Assembly (NCBI GenBank): GCA_963751455.1
Contig: CAVVUN010000008.1
Span: 128,001-192,000 of the forward strand
DNA: 64,000 nucleotides
Origin: Nitrospirota bacterium
GTDB taxonomy: Bacteria; Nitrospirota; UBA9217
Reading direction: 5' to 3'
This document shows positions 51,216-59,655 of the stretch, in pieces (positions within the stretch are counted from its first letter, which is position 1; each line of letters opens with the position of its first letter). The notes beneath the pieces were generated by a model. The model worked only from the letters and a program-made list of their open reading frames with translations. It searched no databases and was not told where the DNA came from. The translations under genes were made by a program, and so were the position numbers.

Positions 51216-52274
51216 ATGACCAATCGCGTTCTCGTTGCAATGAGCGGAGGGGTCGACAGCTCCGTCACCGCGGCCATGCTTTTGAAGCAGGGAATGGCCG
51301 TCGAGGGCATTACCATGAAGCTCACGGCCGGCCTTTGCTGCGATATCGCATCTGCGCAGGCTGTCTGCAGTCAATTGGGAATCCCCCACCGCTTGATCAA
51401 TGCCGAAAAGGAATTTTCGGAAAATATCATCCGGGACTTCATTTCCGAATACCGGCAAGGCCGCACACCGAACCCCTGCATTAAATGCAACGACCTCGTC
51501 AAATTCCGGCTTCTTCTTGATTATGCCGTATCGAACGGCTTTTATTATCTTGCAACCGGTCACTATGCCCGCGTTGAATATGATCCGGCGAAATCGCGCT
51601 TTCTTCTCAAGAAAGGCGCAGATCACGGAAAAGACCAGAGCTATTTCCTTTACCGGCTGACTCAGCCGCAGCTGAAGCACGTCCTTTTCCCGCTCGGGGA
51701 TATGTACAAGACCGCTGTGCGGGCCATGGCGAAAGAGCTGTCGCTTCCGTCTGCGGAGCGTCCTGAAAGCCAGGAAATCTGTTTTGTTCTCGACAACAAT
51801 TACCGATCGTTTCTCAAAGAGCATGCTCCTGATGCGGTCCAACAGGGTGAAATGGTATTGACTGACGGCACCGTAGTCGGCAGGCATGAAGGGATTGCAT
51901 TCTTTACGGTCGGGCAGAGAAGAAAACTCGGGGTGGCAGCGGGCGAGCGGCTCTACGTTATCCGCGTTGAACCGGACACGAACCGGGTCGTTCTCGGAAA
52001 ACAGACAGATCTTGCAACCGGCGAATTTACTGTTTCCGATCCCAACTTGATCGCAGCCGGCCGGCTTTCAAAACCCTTGAACGTGACCGTCAAAATCCGT
52101 TATCGCTCACCGTATGCAGCGGCGGTAATCGAACCCTCGGGTCCCGGCAAAATCCTCGTCCGCTTCGAACAGAGCGTCGCCGGCGTTTGTCCCGGCCAGG
52201 CAGCGGTGTTTTATGATGGGGATGTTGTAGTGGGCGGGGGAATTATCCTAAAAAAGGCATTTGAACACGGATGA
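51216..52274 (+). CDS. mnmA: tRNA 2-thiouridine(34) synthase
   Basis: AMSGGVDSS, TPNPCIKCN, ATGHYA, KDQSYFL, ESQEICF, PGQAAVFY. Confidence 0.97.
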   Translation: MTNRVLVAMSGGVDSSVTAAMLLKQGMAVEGITMKLTAGLCCDIASAQAVCSQLGIPHRLINAEKEFSENIIRDFISEYRQGRTPNPCIKCNDLVKFRLLLDYAVSNGFYYLATGHYARVEYDPAKSRFLLKKGADHGKDQSYFLYRLTQPQLKHVLFPLGDMYKTAVRAMAKELSLPSAERPESQEICFVLDNNYRSFLKEHAPDAVQQGEMVLTDGTVVGRHEGIAFFTVGQRRKLGVAAGERLYVIRVEPDTNRVVLGKQTDLATGEFTVSDPNLIAAGRLSKPLNVTVKIRYRSPYAAAVIEPSGPGKILVRFEQSVAGVCPGQAAVFYDGDVVVGGGIILKKAFEHG

Positions 52275-52440
52275 ACACGGAAACAGCGGATCAAAACAAT
52301 GTGATAGAGCAAAAAGCCATCTCGCCTTTTGGGTGAATCCATTACTGTTCGTAACTTCCTATAAATCCGTGTTGATCAGATTTTATCCGTGTCCAACTGC
52401 TTTTTTCAGGATTATTGAGAAGTCATGTGCAAGTTTACGT

Positions 52441-52788
52441 CTATAAAAAATCAATCATATAAGATGATATCCCGCCCTTGTGCTCCTTGGCGTATATTCT
52501 CAGTGCTGTTGCTACCGCGCGGAAATTATCTCCACGGTAGGAATGGGGAATAATAAGGACTCCGTGATGGGGGCGGTGTTCATTGAAAAACTGAACCGTG
52601 AGCCGGATGAAATCGTTTCTATTCCTGGTCACCATGCAGAGTCTTTGAGCAGCCGAATATTCCAGCTGATCGAGATCGGTTGCCTGGACCATGCCGACCT
52701 CATGTGCGCTTGCCGCGTCGATTTTTTCCTTTCTGAGCAATTGGGCGATCACGGGACTCAGGTCTTCATCCAGATAATATCTGATCAC
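52441..52788 (-). CDS. DUF5615 PIN-like toxin
   Basis: YYLDEDLS, D.DQL, VTRNRNDF, HHGVL. Confidence 0.85.
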   Translation of the reverse strand: MIRYYLDEDLSPVIAQLLRKEKIDAASAHEVGMVQATDLDQLEYSAAQRLCMVTRNRNDFIRLTVQFFNEHRPHHGVLIIPHSYRGDNFRAVATALRIYAKEHKGGISSYMIDFL

Positions 52789-53204
52789 GACTTACCCGCT
52801 GCCAGAAAAGGATATTTTTGTTTGATCTTTTCCGGCGACCACTGCTCGTTCGCCGCAATGAGTTCATCTATCTCTTCGGAATACAGCGTATTATACCCTA
52901 TCGCCGCTTTGATCTGCTGCTCCGTAAGCCAGTGATAGGACTGCGCAAGCCTTTTGATGCTCTTCCCCAGGCTTTTGTATGTCGCAATAAGTTCCCAGAC
53001 CTCTATACCGGTGCCCGCAATCCTGGCCCTCCTCCCGCTTACCCCTTCGGAAAAAATAATGCCCGGACAGCGATGCGCCTTGATTGCCTCTTCCAGCAAT
53101 TCATTCGTGACCGCTGTAAAATCTCTTTTGGTCTCTTTGGATATCTCGTCTATCTCCCGAACGATGCCCTCGGAAAGCCTCAGGCTCTTCTGTAATGTCG
53201 GCAT
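52785..53204 (-). CDS. DUF433 antitoxin with RHH-like N-terminus
   Basis: GRRARIAGTGIEVWE, LTEQQIKAAIGY; ATGA overlap with the toxin. Confidence 0.85.
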   Translation of the reverse strand: MPTLQKSLRLSEGIVREIDEISKETKRDFTAVTNELLEEAIKAHRCPGIIFSEGVSGRRARIAGTGIEVWELIATYKSLGKSIKRLAQSYHWLTEQQIKAAIGYNTLYSEEIDELIAANEQWSPEKIKQKYPFLAAGKS

Positions 53205-53401
53205 TTCAGACTCCCTTTATTCTATAGATCGGCAATACTTAGCCTGTTTAAATATTACATTGTAATACAAAGAATGTCAATGGGTTTTACTCCAGTAACG
53301 GGTCCCATTTGGGTATCAGTTGGAAAAACTTATCGTGCAGTTCGGAATTAGTACCAAGGACGAGGAGTAGGCCAGAAAGCATCAAACGCGGTTTCCGGTT
53401 T

Positions 53402-53821
53402 TCAGGGGTGCAGCATTTCGATTCCGTCAATACTCTTGAAATGCTTTCGATCAAAGGTATAGACGACCCGGACCCCGGCCGTTTTGGCAAAGGAGATAAT
53501 CCACGCGTCTATGAAATCGATTGTCCCGTCCCGATACAGGGTGATGGCCTCGGAGACGACAAGCTTCTCACTCACTTCGACTCCATGCGTATGCAGGATC
53601 GCGTTCAGGAGCGGCACGATCTCACTGCGTTCGAGTTTGTAAAAACTCTGCAGGACCCAGACCAGCTCGGCGATCACGACAGAAGGAATGAGGAGTCTGA
53701 CCTCTCCCTGCGCCGCCTTGAGAAGGAGGCGCTTGACATCGTGTGCCTTGGACGGATCGTCTTCCGTCAGATAGCGGACGAGAAGATTGGTATCTATGAC
53801 GGCGCGCTTGCTATCGTCCAC
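53402..53821 (-). CDS. vapC: PIN-domain toxin (VapC)
   Basis: IDTNLLVRYL, VIAELVWVL, DFIDA, YTFD. Confidence 0.9.
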   Translation of the reverse strand: MDDSKRAVIDTNLLVRYLTEDDPSKAHDVKRLLLKAAQGEVRLLIPSVVIAELVWVLQSFYKLERSEIVPLLNAILHTHGVEVSEKLVVSEAITLYRDGTIDFIDAWIISFAKTAGVRVVYTFDRKHFKSIDGIEMLHP

Positions 53822-54068
53822 CGCGCTTGCCCGCCTTTTTTCCGACATATGTTCTGGCTGTTTCACGGATGGTATCGGCATCGGCCGGCCTGGCCCGCCC
53901 CTTCAGATACCCTTGATAGTCCAGAAGGGATTGAGCGGGCTTGATCACGATCTTGTCATCCTCCTGCTCGAAAACAACCACGCCTCCCTCCCGGAGATGC
54001 AGCAGCTCCCGCACTTTTTTAGGAAGCGTAATCTGGCCTTTCGACGTTATCTTCGCCGTAACAGTCAT
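53811..54068 (-). CDS. AbrB/MazE/SpoVT family antitoxin
   Basis: AKITSKGQITLPKKVRELL...G. Confidence 0.9.
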   Translation of the reverse strand: MTVTAKITSKGQITLPKKVRELLHLREGGVVVFEQEDDKIVIKPAQSLLDYQGYLKGRARPADADTIRETARTYVGKKAGKRGGR

Positions 54069-54185
54069 TGCTCTTCTCCTTACTTTGCCTCTATATCCTT
54101 ACTTATTATTGTAACCAATGCCGGGGAAATTATCAAGGGGAAAACCAAGTACGCGGTGGGGGGCAGTGTGAGAAGAGAAAAGCGG

Positions 54186-54254
54186 GTAGGTCGGGTAGAG
54201 CAAGGCGAAACCCGACAAAGGCTGTTGGGTTGCGCTACGCTTAACCCAACCTAC
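54186..54254. repeat. Inverted pair of GTAG-family REP-like palindromes (REPIN-like); second copy at 55684-55745
   Basis: GTAGGTCGGGT...ACCCGACA-AAGGC-TGTTGGGTT...AACCCAACCTAC. Confidence 0.7.
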
Positions 54255-54561
54255 GGGCTGACCGGCTTTTTCCGACTCCTTGTTCGACGTTTTTTTACCG
54301 CGCGGGAAACTTTGGCGACCTTCCTTCTCACTATGCTTTTTCCTCCCGGTTTTTTCACTCCGCCAGTTCAAAGAGCCAAAGGGGCAGACAGAAAAGCAAG
54401 CCTGATGGGCACCCTTTACATGGACGAGCCGGTGAAGGGCTTTGCTTTTTTCATTTCGTCCGGCAGCAACATTCAAGACGCAACCCTATGAGTTCCCCTT
54501 CGTGTGCACACCACCTGCTCGCCTTTTCCCTTCCCCTCTCCCGCCGCTAAAAATTTCCATT

Positions 54562-55422
54562 TCATTTTTTCTTTCGGCTTTTTTTCGGGGACAATGACTT
54601 CTTTACAGCCGGAGGCAAAAAGTTCTCTCCGGTTATGACTTTTTTCCCCGTCTTTGCTTCAAGTTCCCGCCTTGCTTTCTTGGCGATTCCGCCGCCTGTT
54701 TTGCCGGCAACCTTGTTTTCTTTCATTCCGACGGCCTTCATGGTCTCCGCTATTTGTCGGGTGGACAGCTCGGCAAGGGCCGTAAAAATCAGTTCGGCTT
54801 CGCTCATGTGGTCTCTAAGGTTTTGTGTCTTCAGCCCCTTCATCGCCTTGTGCTTTTTTACGGACACATCCGCCCATTCTCGGTGGATGATGTTCGTCAA
54901 AATGGCGTATTCCTCTTCCTCTTTAATATCATGATCTTTCCAGTAATCCGTCAGCTTATTGCGGGTCTCCTGCCCCATCATCCGCTGCTGAATCCACTTT
55001 TCGCTTCTTCCATGCTGTTGCCAATATTCCCGCGCCCGGTCAAGAGACCGAGCCGGGTCCGCCATGTCCTGCATCCGTTCATAGCCGACCTTCGCCAGCC
55101 ATAGTTTGATCGGTTCCGCCTTGGGGCTGGGTACGGACTGGATCAGGCGGAGAAGCGTTTCAGGATCGGCAACATCAGTAATGTATTGCTTCCCGTCGGC
55201 AGCCTTCAATTTCAGTCGGTGACAATTTGTCACCGACTGACTTCCTTCCTTATTCAGCCGTTCTTTCAGTTTATTCCAGTATTTCCGAGCTGTCTGATAA
55301 TCCGGCTGCTGTATCAGAGCCTGAATAATATCGACAACAGAGAAATACCACGTTTCTGTCTCCTCATCATAAATTCTGCGGATACTATAATTTTCAAATA
55401 CGGCAAGCGATTTATCAATCAT
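54562..55422 (-). CDS. Bro-N domain protein (antirepressor-like)
   Basis: FENYSIRR, WYFSVVDII, RKYWNKLKERL, RLIQSVPSPKAEPIKLWLA, NLRDHM. Confidence 0.88.
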   Translation of the reverse strand: MIDKSLAVFENYSIRRIYDEETETWYFSVVDIIQALIQQPDYQTARKYWNKLKERLNKEGSQSVTNCHRLKLKAADGKQYITDVADPETLLRLIQSVPSPKAEPIKLWLAKVGYERMQDMADPARSLDRAREYWQQHGRSEKWIQQRMMGQETRNKLTDYWKDHDIKEEEEYAILTNIIHREWADVSVKKHKAMKGLKTQNLRDHMSEAELIFTALAELSTRQIAETMKAVGMKENKVAGKTGGGIAKKARRELEAKTGKKVITGENFLPPAVKKSLSPKKSRKKK

Positions 55423-55478
55423 CTTTCGGTCCTTTGTCCCTTACCTAAGTCCCTTCCTTAACCTGGCCCCATGGTTTG

Positions 55479-55683
55479 GCCATCAATTTCAACTGGTGAC
55501 AATTTGTCACCGATTGATTTCCTTCCTTAGTGGCGCCCTCTCCGGCAGGAGCCGGAGGCTCCCTTTAATAACGCGACCTCCCGCGGACTACGGCGCATTA
55601 CCCCCGGCAGGAGCCGGGGGATTGCAAGTCGCGGGATTCAGCCGTTCCTTTAGCCTGTCCCAGTACTTCCGCGCAGTCTGATA
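55479..55683 (-). pseudogene. Fragment of a Bro-N paralog, interrupted by the PATE-like element
   Basis: After removing 55530-55636 it reads YQTARKYWDRLKERLNKEGNQSVTNCHQLKLMA. Confidence 0.8.
55530..55636 (-). mobile_element. Non-autonomous IS200/IS605-type element (PATE-like), copy 2
   Basis: Aligns end to end with 34952-35060; same TGAA target and CCAC end. Confidence 0.8.
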
Positions 55684-55755
55684 GGGTAGAGCAGCACGAA
55701 ACTCAGCAAAGGCCGTTGGGTTACGCTACGCGTAACCCAACCTACGGGCTACAAA

Positions 55756-55925
55756 TGAAGTATTTGTAAAAAGTCGGAATTACCTCTTTTTCGTCATACC
55801 GACGAATGGAGCCTGCCCCGGCATGCTTGTAGCCGGGAGTATCCAGTCTTCTCAATGAGCTCAATAAGTTCTGTGATTCCTAGACCCGGTTTTCACCGGG
55901 GAGACGACTTTTTACGAGACCATCA
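55756..55925. mobile_element. MITE with ~20-bp imperfect TIRs and 4-bp TSD (CAAA)
   Basis: TGAAGTATTTGTAAAAAGTC ... GACTTTTTACGAGACCATCA with CAAA on both sides. Confidence 0.7.
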
Positions 55926-55947
55926 CAAACGGGGGTAGCTCAATTCC

Positions 55948-56052
55948 GATCTAATTGAGATTCCCGTTCAAACCATTGATGAGCCGCGCTATCTTGTGAT
56001 CGGCACGATAGAGGGGAAACACTGGTCGGGAGTCATCACCTATCGAGGCGAT
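55948..56052 (+). pseudogene. Internal fragment of a BrnT-family toxin
   Basis: DLIEIPVQTIDEPRYLVIGTIEGKHWSGVITYRGD. Confidence 0.65.
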
Positions 56053-56218
56053 CCGCGAGCTGCCTGCGGTTTCAGTCGGTGACAATTTGTAACCGACTGA
56101 CTTCCTTCTTTTAAAGAAAAGTAACCTCTCCCGCCGTCTGACAACAAATGAGATTCGACCCTACACGTTATTATTAATCGGGTTGAGAACGGTGTCCCAC
56201 CGAAGTTCCGGATCTAAA

Positions 56219-56521
56219 TCATATTAAAACGGGTTCGCTCAACATCCGGCGTCCGTGGACCACGGTTACAATTAATACGGTTTCAGTGTCTCCGGAATAG
56301 CGGTAAATTACTCGATAATTATCTATGATTATCTCACGATGAGGAAGGTGCGGAAATTCAGGAATATGACGGCCGGATTCAGGAAACTGGATAAGTCTCT
56401 CTGCAGACTGGTATATCCTCTCTGCCTGGTGCCTGGCGTACTCATGTGAATCCCGTGCGATATAGTCGTAGATGCTCTCCAAGTCCGAGATGGCTGCGTC
56501 GCCCCATATCAGTTTTGCCAT
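56219..56521 (-). CDS. RelE/ParE family toxin
   Basis: LIWGDAAISDLESIYDYI, L.QFPESGR..PE, YRVIYR, VVHGRR. Confidence 0.9.
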   Translation of the reverse strand: MAKLIWGDAAISDLESIYDYIARDSHEYARHQAERIYQSAERLIQFPESGRHIPEFPHLPHREIIIDNYRVIYRYSGDTETVLIVTVVHGRRMLSEPVLI

Positions 56522-56697
56522 TTCTTCGACAACCTTTTCATGGTTTCATCGTGTGAAAGGGTCTTCCCTTCTTTAATAGCGGCCTCGCCCGATTCGATTT
56601 TCTGAAGCAGATAGAGACGGTACATGACCTCTTCGATATCCACAGTATCAGGCAATTCCTTAATGAGTGTCTCCAGCTTTTCTTTCGTAACGTTCAT
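56509..56697 (-). CDS. Antitoxin partner of the RelE/ParE toxin
   Basis: 62-aa acidic ORF overlapping the toxin start; KIESG...IKEGKTLSHDE. Confidence 0.8.
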   Translation of the reverse strand: MNVTKEKLETLIKELPDTVDIEEVMYRLYLLQKIESGEAAIKEGKTLSHDETMKRLSKKWQN

Positions 56698-56779
56698 TAT
56701 ATGACCTCCTGCCTCTCACATCTAACGATATTCTTACTATATCATAGCCAAGATTGCGCCGGCTTAAGAAAGCGGAGCT

Positions 56780-57001
56780 TCATGTGCGCCGGTGCCTGTC
56801 CATTACTTCCTGAGAGGATACGGTGGGAATAGTGCCCGCCTTGTAGGCGGTCCATCGTTTGCGGGCCTCTTCAGCCCAGATTCGGTCTATCTCAGGGTCC
56901 GGCTTATCGAGGTCGGCAAGAATTACATCCGGCAATCGCAACTTTTCCACATCCGGCAAAGAACGGATCTCCGAAACAAGCTTTTCTGTGGTTTTGGTCA
57001 T
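56780..57001 (-). CDS. Addiction-module antitoxin (TIGR02574-like) with no cognate toxin
   Basis: LDKPDPEIDRIWAEEARKR..AYKAG; promoter TTGCGC-N17-TATAAT upstream. Confidence 0.8.
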   Translation of the reverse strand: MTKTTEKLVSEIRSLPDVEKLRLPDVILADLDKPDPEIDRIWAEEARKRWTAYKAGTIPTVSSQEVMDRHRRT

Positions 57002-57125
57002 ATCAGCAACTCCTTTGCGAGAAAGCATAAGCCTTCTGTTCAACTGCGCTTATTATAGGCTTTTCGCGCATGACGCGCAATAAGCCTCCACGACGCCAGA
57101 CTCGAGTTTATGGCAGGTCCATATT

Positions 57126-57328
57126 TGACGAGTTTGTAAAAAGTCACACTGAGTGTCTTTGCGAGCAGGTCCCTCGTTCGTCATTACGAGCGTAGCGAAG
57201 CAATCTCGGTTTCAACACTCGGGATAAACTCCGCAATCTCGCCTTTCGTAACCGCCTGAAAAATCGAGATTGCCACGTCGCTCCGCTCCTCGCAATGACG
57301 GCCTAAAAGACTTTTTACGAAACCATCA
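57126..57328. mobile_element. MITE with ~20-bp imperfect TIRs and 4-bp TSD (TATT)
   Basis: TGACGAGTTTGTAAAAAGTC ... GACTTTTTACGAAACCATCA with TATT on both sides; palindromic interior. Confidence 0.75.
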
Positions 57329-57476
57329 TATTTATTATTCTATCGAAAAGTACCGGTTTCAGTGCTGATAACATCGCCGGTGACCCGTCTACCAAGCACT
57401 GCCCGGCAAAGCACTTTCAGAACGAACGTCCCCTCAGTTCTCTCGATACTCTTTTCTCATTTCTTCTTTTTTAGCC

Positions 57477-57686
<210 letters not shown>

Positions 57687-57700
57687 TTAAGAAAAAGATC

Positions 57701-57994
57701 CTATTTCAACCTGTCAATCCAGTAGTCCGGTTGCCGATGTAAATGCGCAAATGCGAGAACGACTATTTTGTCATCTTGAATGGAATAGAGAATCTTATAT
57801 GGGAACTTGTGGACGATGTATCGCCGGATTTCCTTGCGCTCCGGCGGCCATGCTTGAGGATATTGTTGAATGCGGAGAAGGGAATGCCTGATTTGTTCCT
57901 CGAATTGGGATCCTAAGCCGCATTGTTCTGTCTCGTAAAATTCCTTGGCCTCATTATATTCCCGATGGGCAATTTCGAGAATCTCCATTGTCAT
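57701..57994 (-). CDS. RelE/ParE family toxin
   Basis: A.REYNEA..FYE....GLG..F, KFPYKILY, LAFAHLHRQPDYW. Confidence 0.9.
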   Translation of the reverse strand: MTMEILEIAHREYNEAKEFYETEQCGLGSQFEEQIRHSLLRIQQYPQAWPPERKEIRRYIVHKFPYKILYSIQDDKIVVLAFAHLHRQPDYWIDRLK

Positions 57995-58197
57995 TTGGCG
58001 AACATATCCTCGAATGAGACCGTTTTAATTTTGCCGGCCTTGTACGCCTTGAGTCTTTTCTCTGCCTCAGCCGCCCAAATCTTTTCAATCTTTGGATCGG
58101 GGATGTCAAGGCTGCGAAGCAATGCTTCGATGAGAAGAGTTTTTTCCGCTGGCTTAAGGGTTAAGGCCTTTGAAATTAAAGTTTTTGTTGGGCTCAT
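57991..58197 (-). CDS. Addiction-module antitoxin (TIGR02574-like)
   Basis: SLDIPDPKIEKIWAAEAEKRLKAYKAG; ATGA overlap with the toxin. Confidence 0.85.
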   Translation of the reverse strand: MSPTKTLISKALTLKPAEKTLLIEALLRSLDIPDPKIEKIWAAEAEKRLKAYKAGKIKTVSFEDMFAK

Positions 58198-58276
58198 GTT
58201 TACCACCTTCGCAATTCATTAATTCACTTCTGTTCTGATGCAATTATATCAATATGGAACCTGTTAATCAATCGGT

Positions 58277-59182
58277 TTATTCCTCGGTAAAGTAATCGGA
58301 GTCAATCTTCTTCAAATCATACGTTGCAATTGTGGACACCCCAACATTGTGATCGATCATCAACTCGGCGAGAGTTTCGCCGTCAATCAGCACAAGTTTA
58401 GTGTCGACGCGAGAGACGTAGTCGATTGCTTCACTTGAGAAATCGGACGTGGCAATGAAAAGCCCTTTTTTCGCACGCTGCCCTGTTAACGCCCCGACAA
58501 ACTTCTGAATTTCCGGTCGCCCGACAGTATTCTCCCACCGTTTCGCCTGAATGTAAATCGTGTCCAATCCGAGCTTGTCCTCTTTTATTATTCCGTCAAT
58601 CCCTCCGTCGCCGCTTTTCCCGATCGCTTTGCCTGCATCCTGTCGCGTTCCGCCATATCCCATTTTTACGATGACTTCCACTACAAGGCGTTCGAAGAAT
58701 GCCGGAGAAGAGGATTTTAAGCGTTGCAATAATTCCGTGGCAAGGTCTTGCCGAATCTTTTCGTATGCGTTTTCCAGTGTCTCCTCCGGCGTGGCAGGTT
58801 GCTCATTATCAGAATCATCCGTTTCGGTTTTTACTCGTTTTGTGTTTCTGAATTGCACATATTCCGGGAATTGGAAAAGATATTTTAAGTTGATAGCCGA
58901 TGGTTTCTTTTCAAGGACCTCCAGTCCTCGCTCAGTTATTTTAAATACGCCTCGCTTCGGACTCTCCAATAAGCCCGCCATTTTCAAATGTGATTTCGCC
59001 CAAGCCAATCTATTGACGAAGATCCCCTGAGTCCCGCTCGGCAGGAGAGCCTTCCTCTCGTCGGTCGTCGATTTAAACGTGGCAGCCAATGCATCAGCCG
59101 TTTCACTGGTGTTGTGCTCCCTCCCGTCGCGGCAGTACTGCATCAGCGGCAGCATTATGGATTGAAAATCAGGGATCGCCAT
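58277..59182 (-). CDS. mrr: Mrr type IV restriction endonuclease
   Basis: MAIPDFQSIMLPL, NRLAWA (Mrr_N); FFERLV, DGGIDG, IYIQAKRW. Confidence 0.95.
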   Translation of the reverse strand: MAIPDFQSIMLPLMQYCRDGREHNTSETADALAATFKSTTDERKALLPSGTQGIFVNRLAWAKSHLKMAGLLESPKRGVFKITERGLEVLEKKPSAINLKYLFQFPEYVQFRNTKRVKTETDDSDNEQPATPEETLENAYEKIRQDLATELLQRLKSSSPAFFERLVVEVIVKMGYGGTRQDAGKAIGKSGDGGIDGIIKEDKLGLDTIYIQAKRWENTVGRPEIQKFVGALTGQRAKKGLFIATSDFSSEAIDYVSRVDTKLVLIDGETLAELMIDHNVGVSTIATYDLKKIDSDYFTEE

Positions 59183-59277
59183 TTAATCTCCTTTGTATGT
59201 TTCGCTCGTAGGGATAAATTGCCGGCCTGTGAATATCTTATAAATTCTGCTGGGCATGATGAGGCATTTTGCCCAAC

Positions 59278-59559
59278 CTACCGGCTTGAAAAAGACCAGA
59301 TCAGACCTACAACGAGGGGAACAGAAAGTAGAAGCCAGCCGCCAAGTGCCACGATACAGCCAGGCGTCTCCTCGGTTATAGAAGGTTTGCTGAAACCGAT
59401 GAAGCCGGTATACCCACCCATTGCCTCACTAAACCATATGCATGCGAGAGGAAAAAGGAGGAATATGAAAAGCCGCAATGCAAGCTCTCCGCCGCCGGTA
59501 GCGTAGGCAATAATCAGATAAATGAGTGCAATAGATCCTGAGATAATCTTACTTTTCAT
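59278..59559 (-). CDS. Small 3-TM hypothetical protein (cassette-like)
   Basis: ATG 8 nt after a GTTAGAT core; LACIWFSEAMG, TPGCIV..GGWLLL. Confidence 0.65.
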   Translation of the reverse strand: MKSKIISGSIALIYLIIAYATGGGELALRLFIFLLFPLACIWFSEAMGGYTGFIGFSKPSITEETPGCIVALGGWLLLSVPLVVGLIWSFSSR

Positions 59560-59579
59560 TTTAAAGAATCTAACTACAG

Positions 59580-59639
59580 GTTCAACGCGTGGATAAGTCG
59601 CGGCGCTTCTCCGCGACGATCTTGATCCGCTGGTTGGAA
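59580..59639 (-). other. attC integron cassette recombination site (60 bp)
   Basis: R'' TTCCAAC, L'' GGATCAAG, inner stem GTCGCGG/CCGCGAC, L' CTTATCC, R' GTTGAAC; 16 nt after a stop codon. Confidence 0.75.
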
Positions 59640-59655
59640 TCATCTCTCGCCGACC

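Noticed and set aside
54562-55422. Prophage suggested by the Bro-N gene
   Set aside because: No integrase, structural, packaging or lysis genes nearby.
56720-57045. Lone GTTAGAT (56720-56726) and GTTGAAC (57039-57045) as further attC sites
   Set aside because: No matching R''/L arms; they lie within TA promoter/leader regions and may be chance matches or remnants.
59248-59281. GTTGGGC after the small membrane gene as an attC R' box
   Set aside because: It is better explained as part of a GTAG REP-like hairpin; there is no upstream R''.
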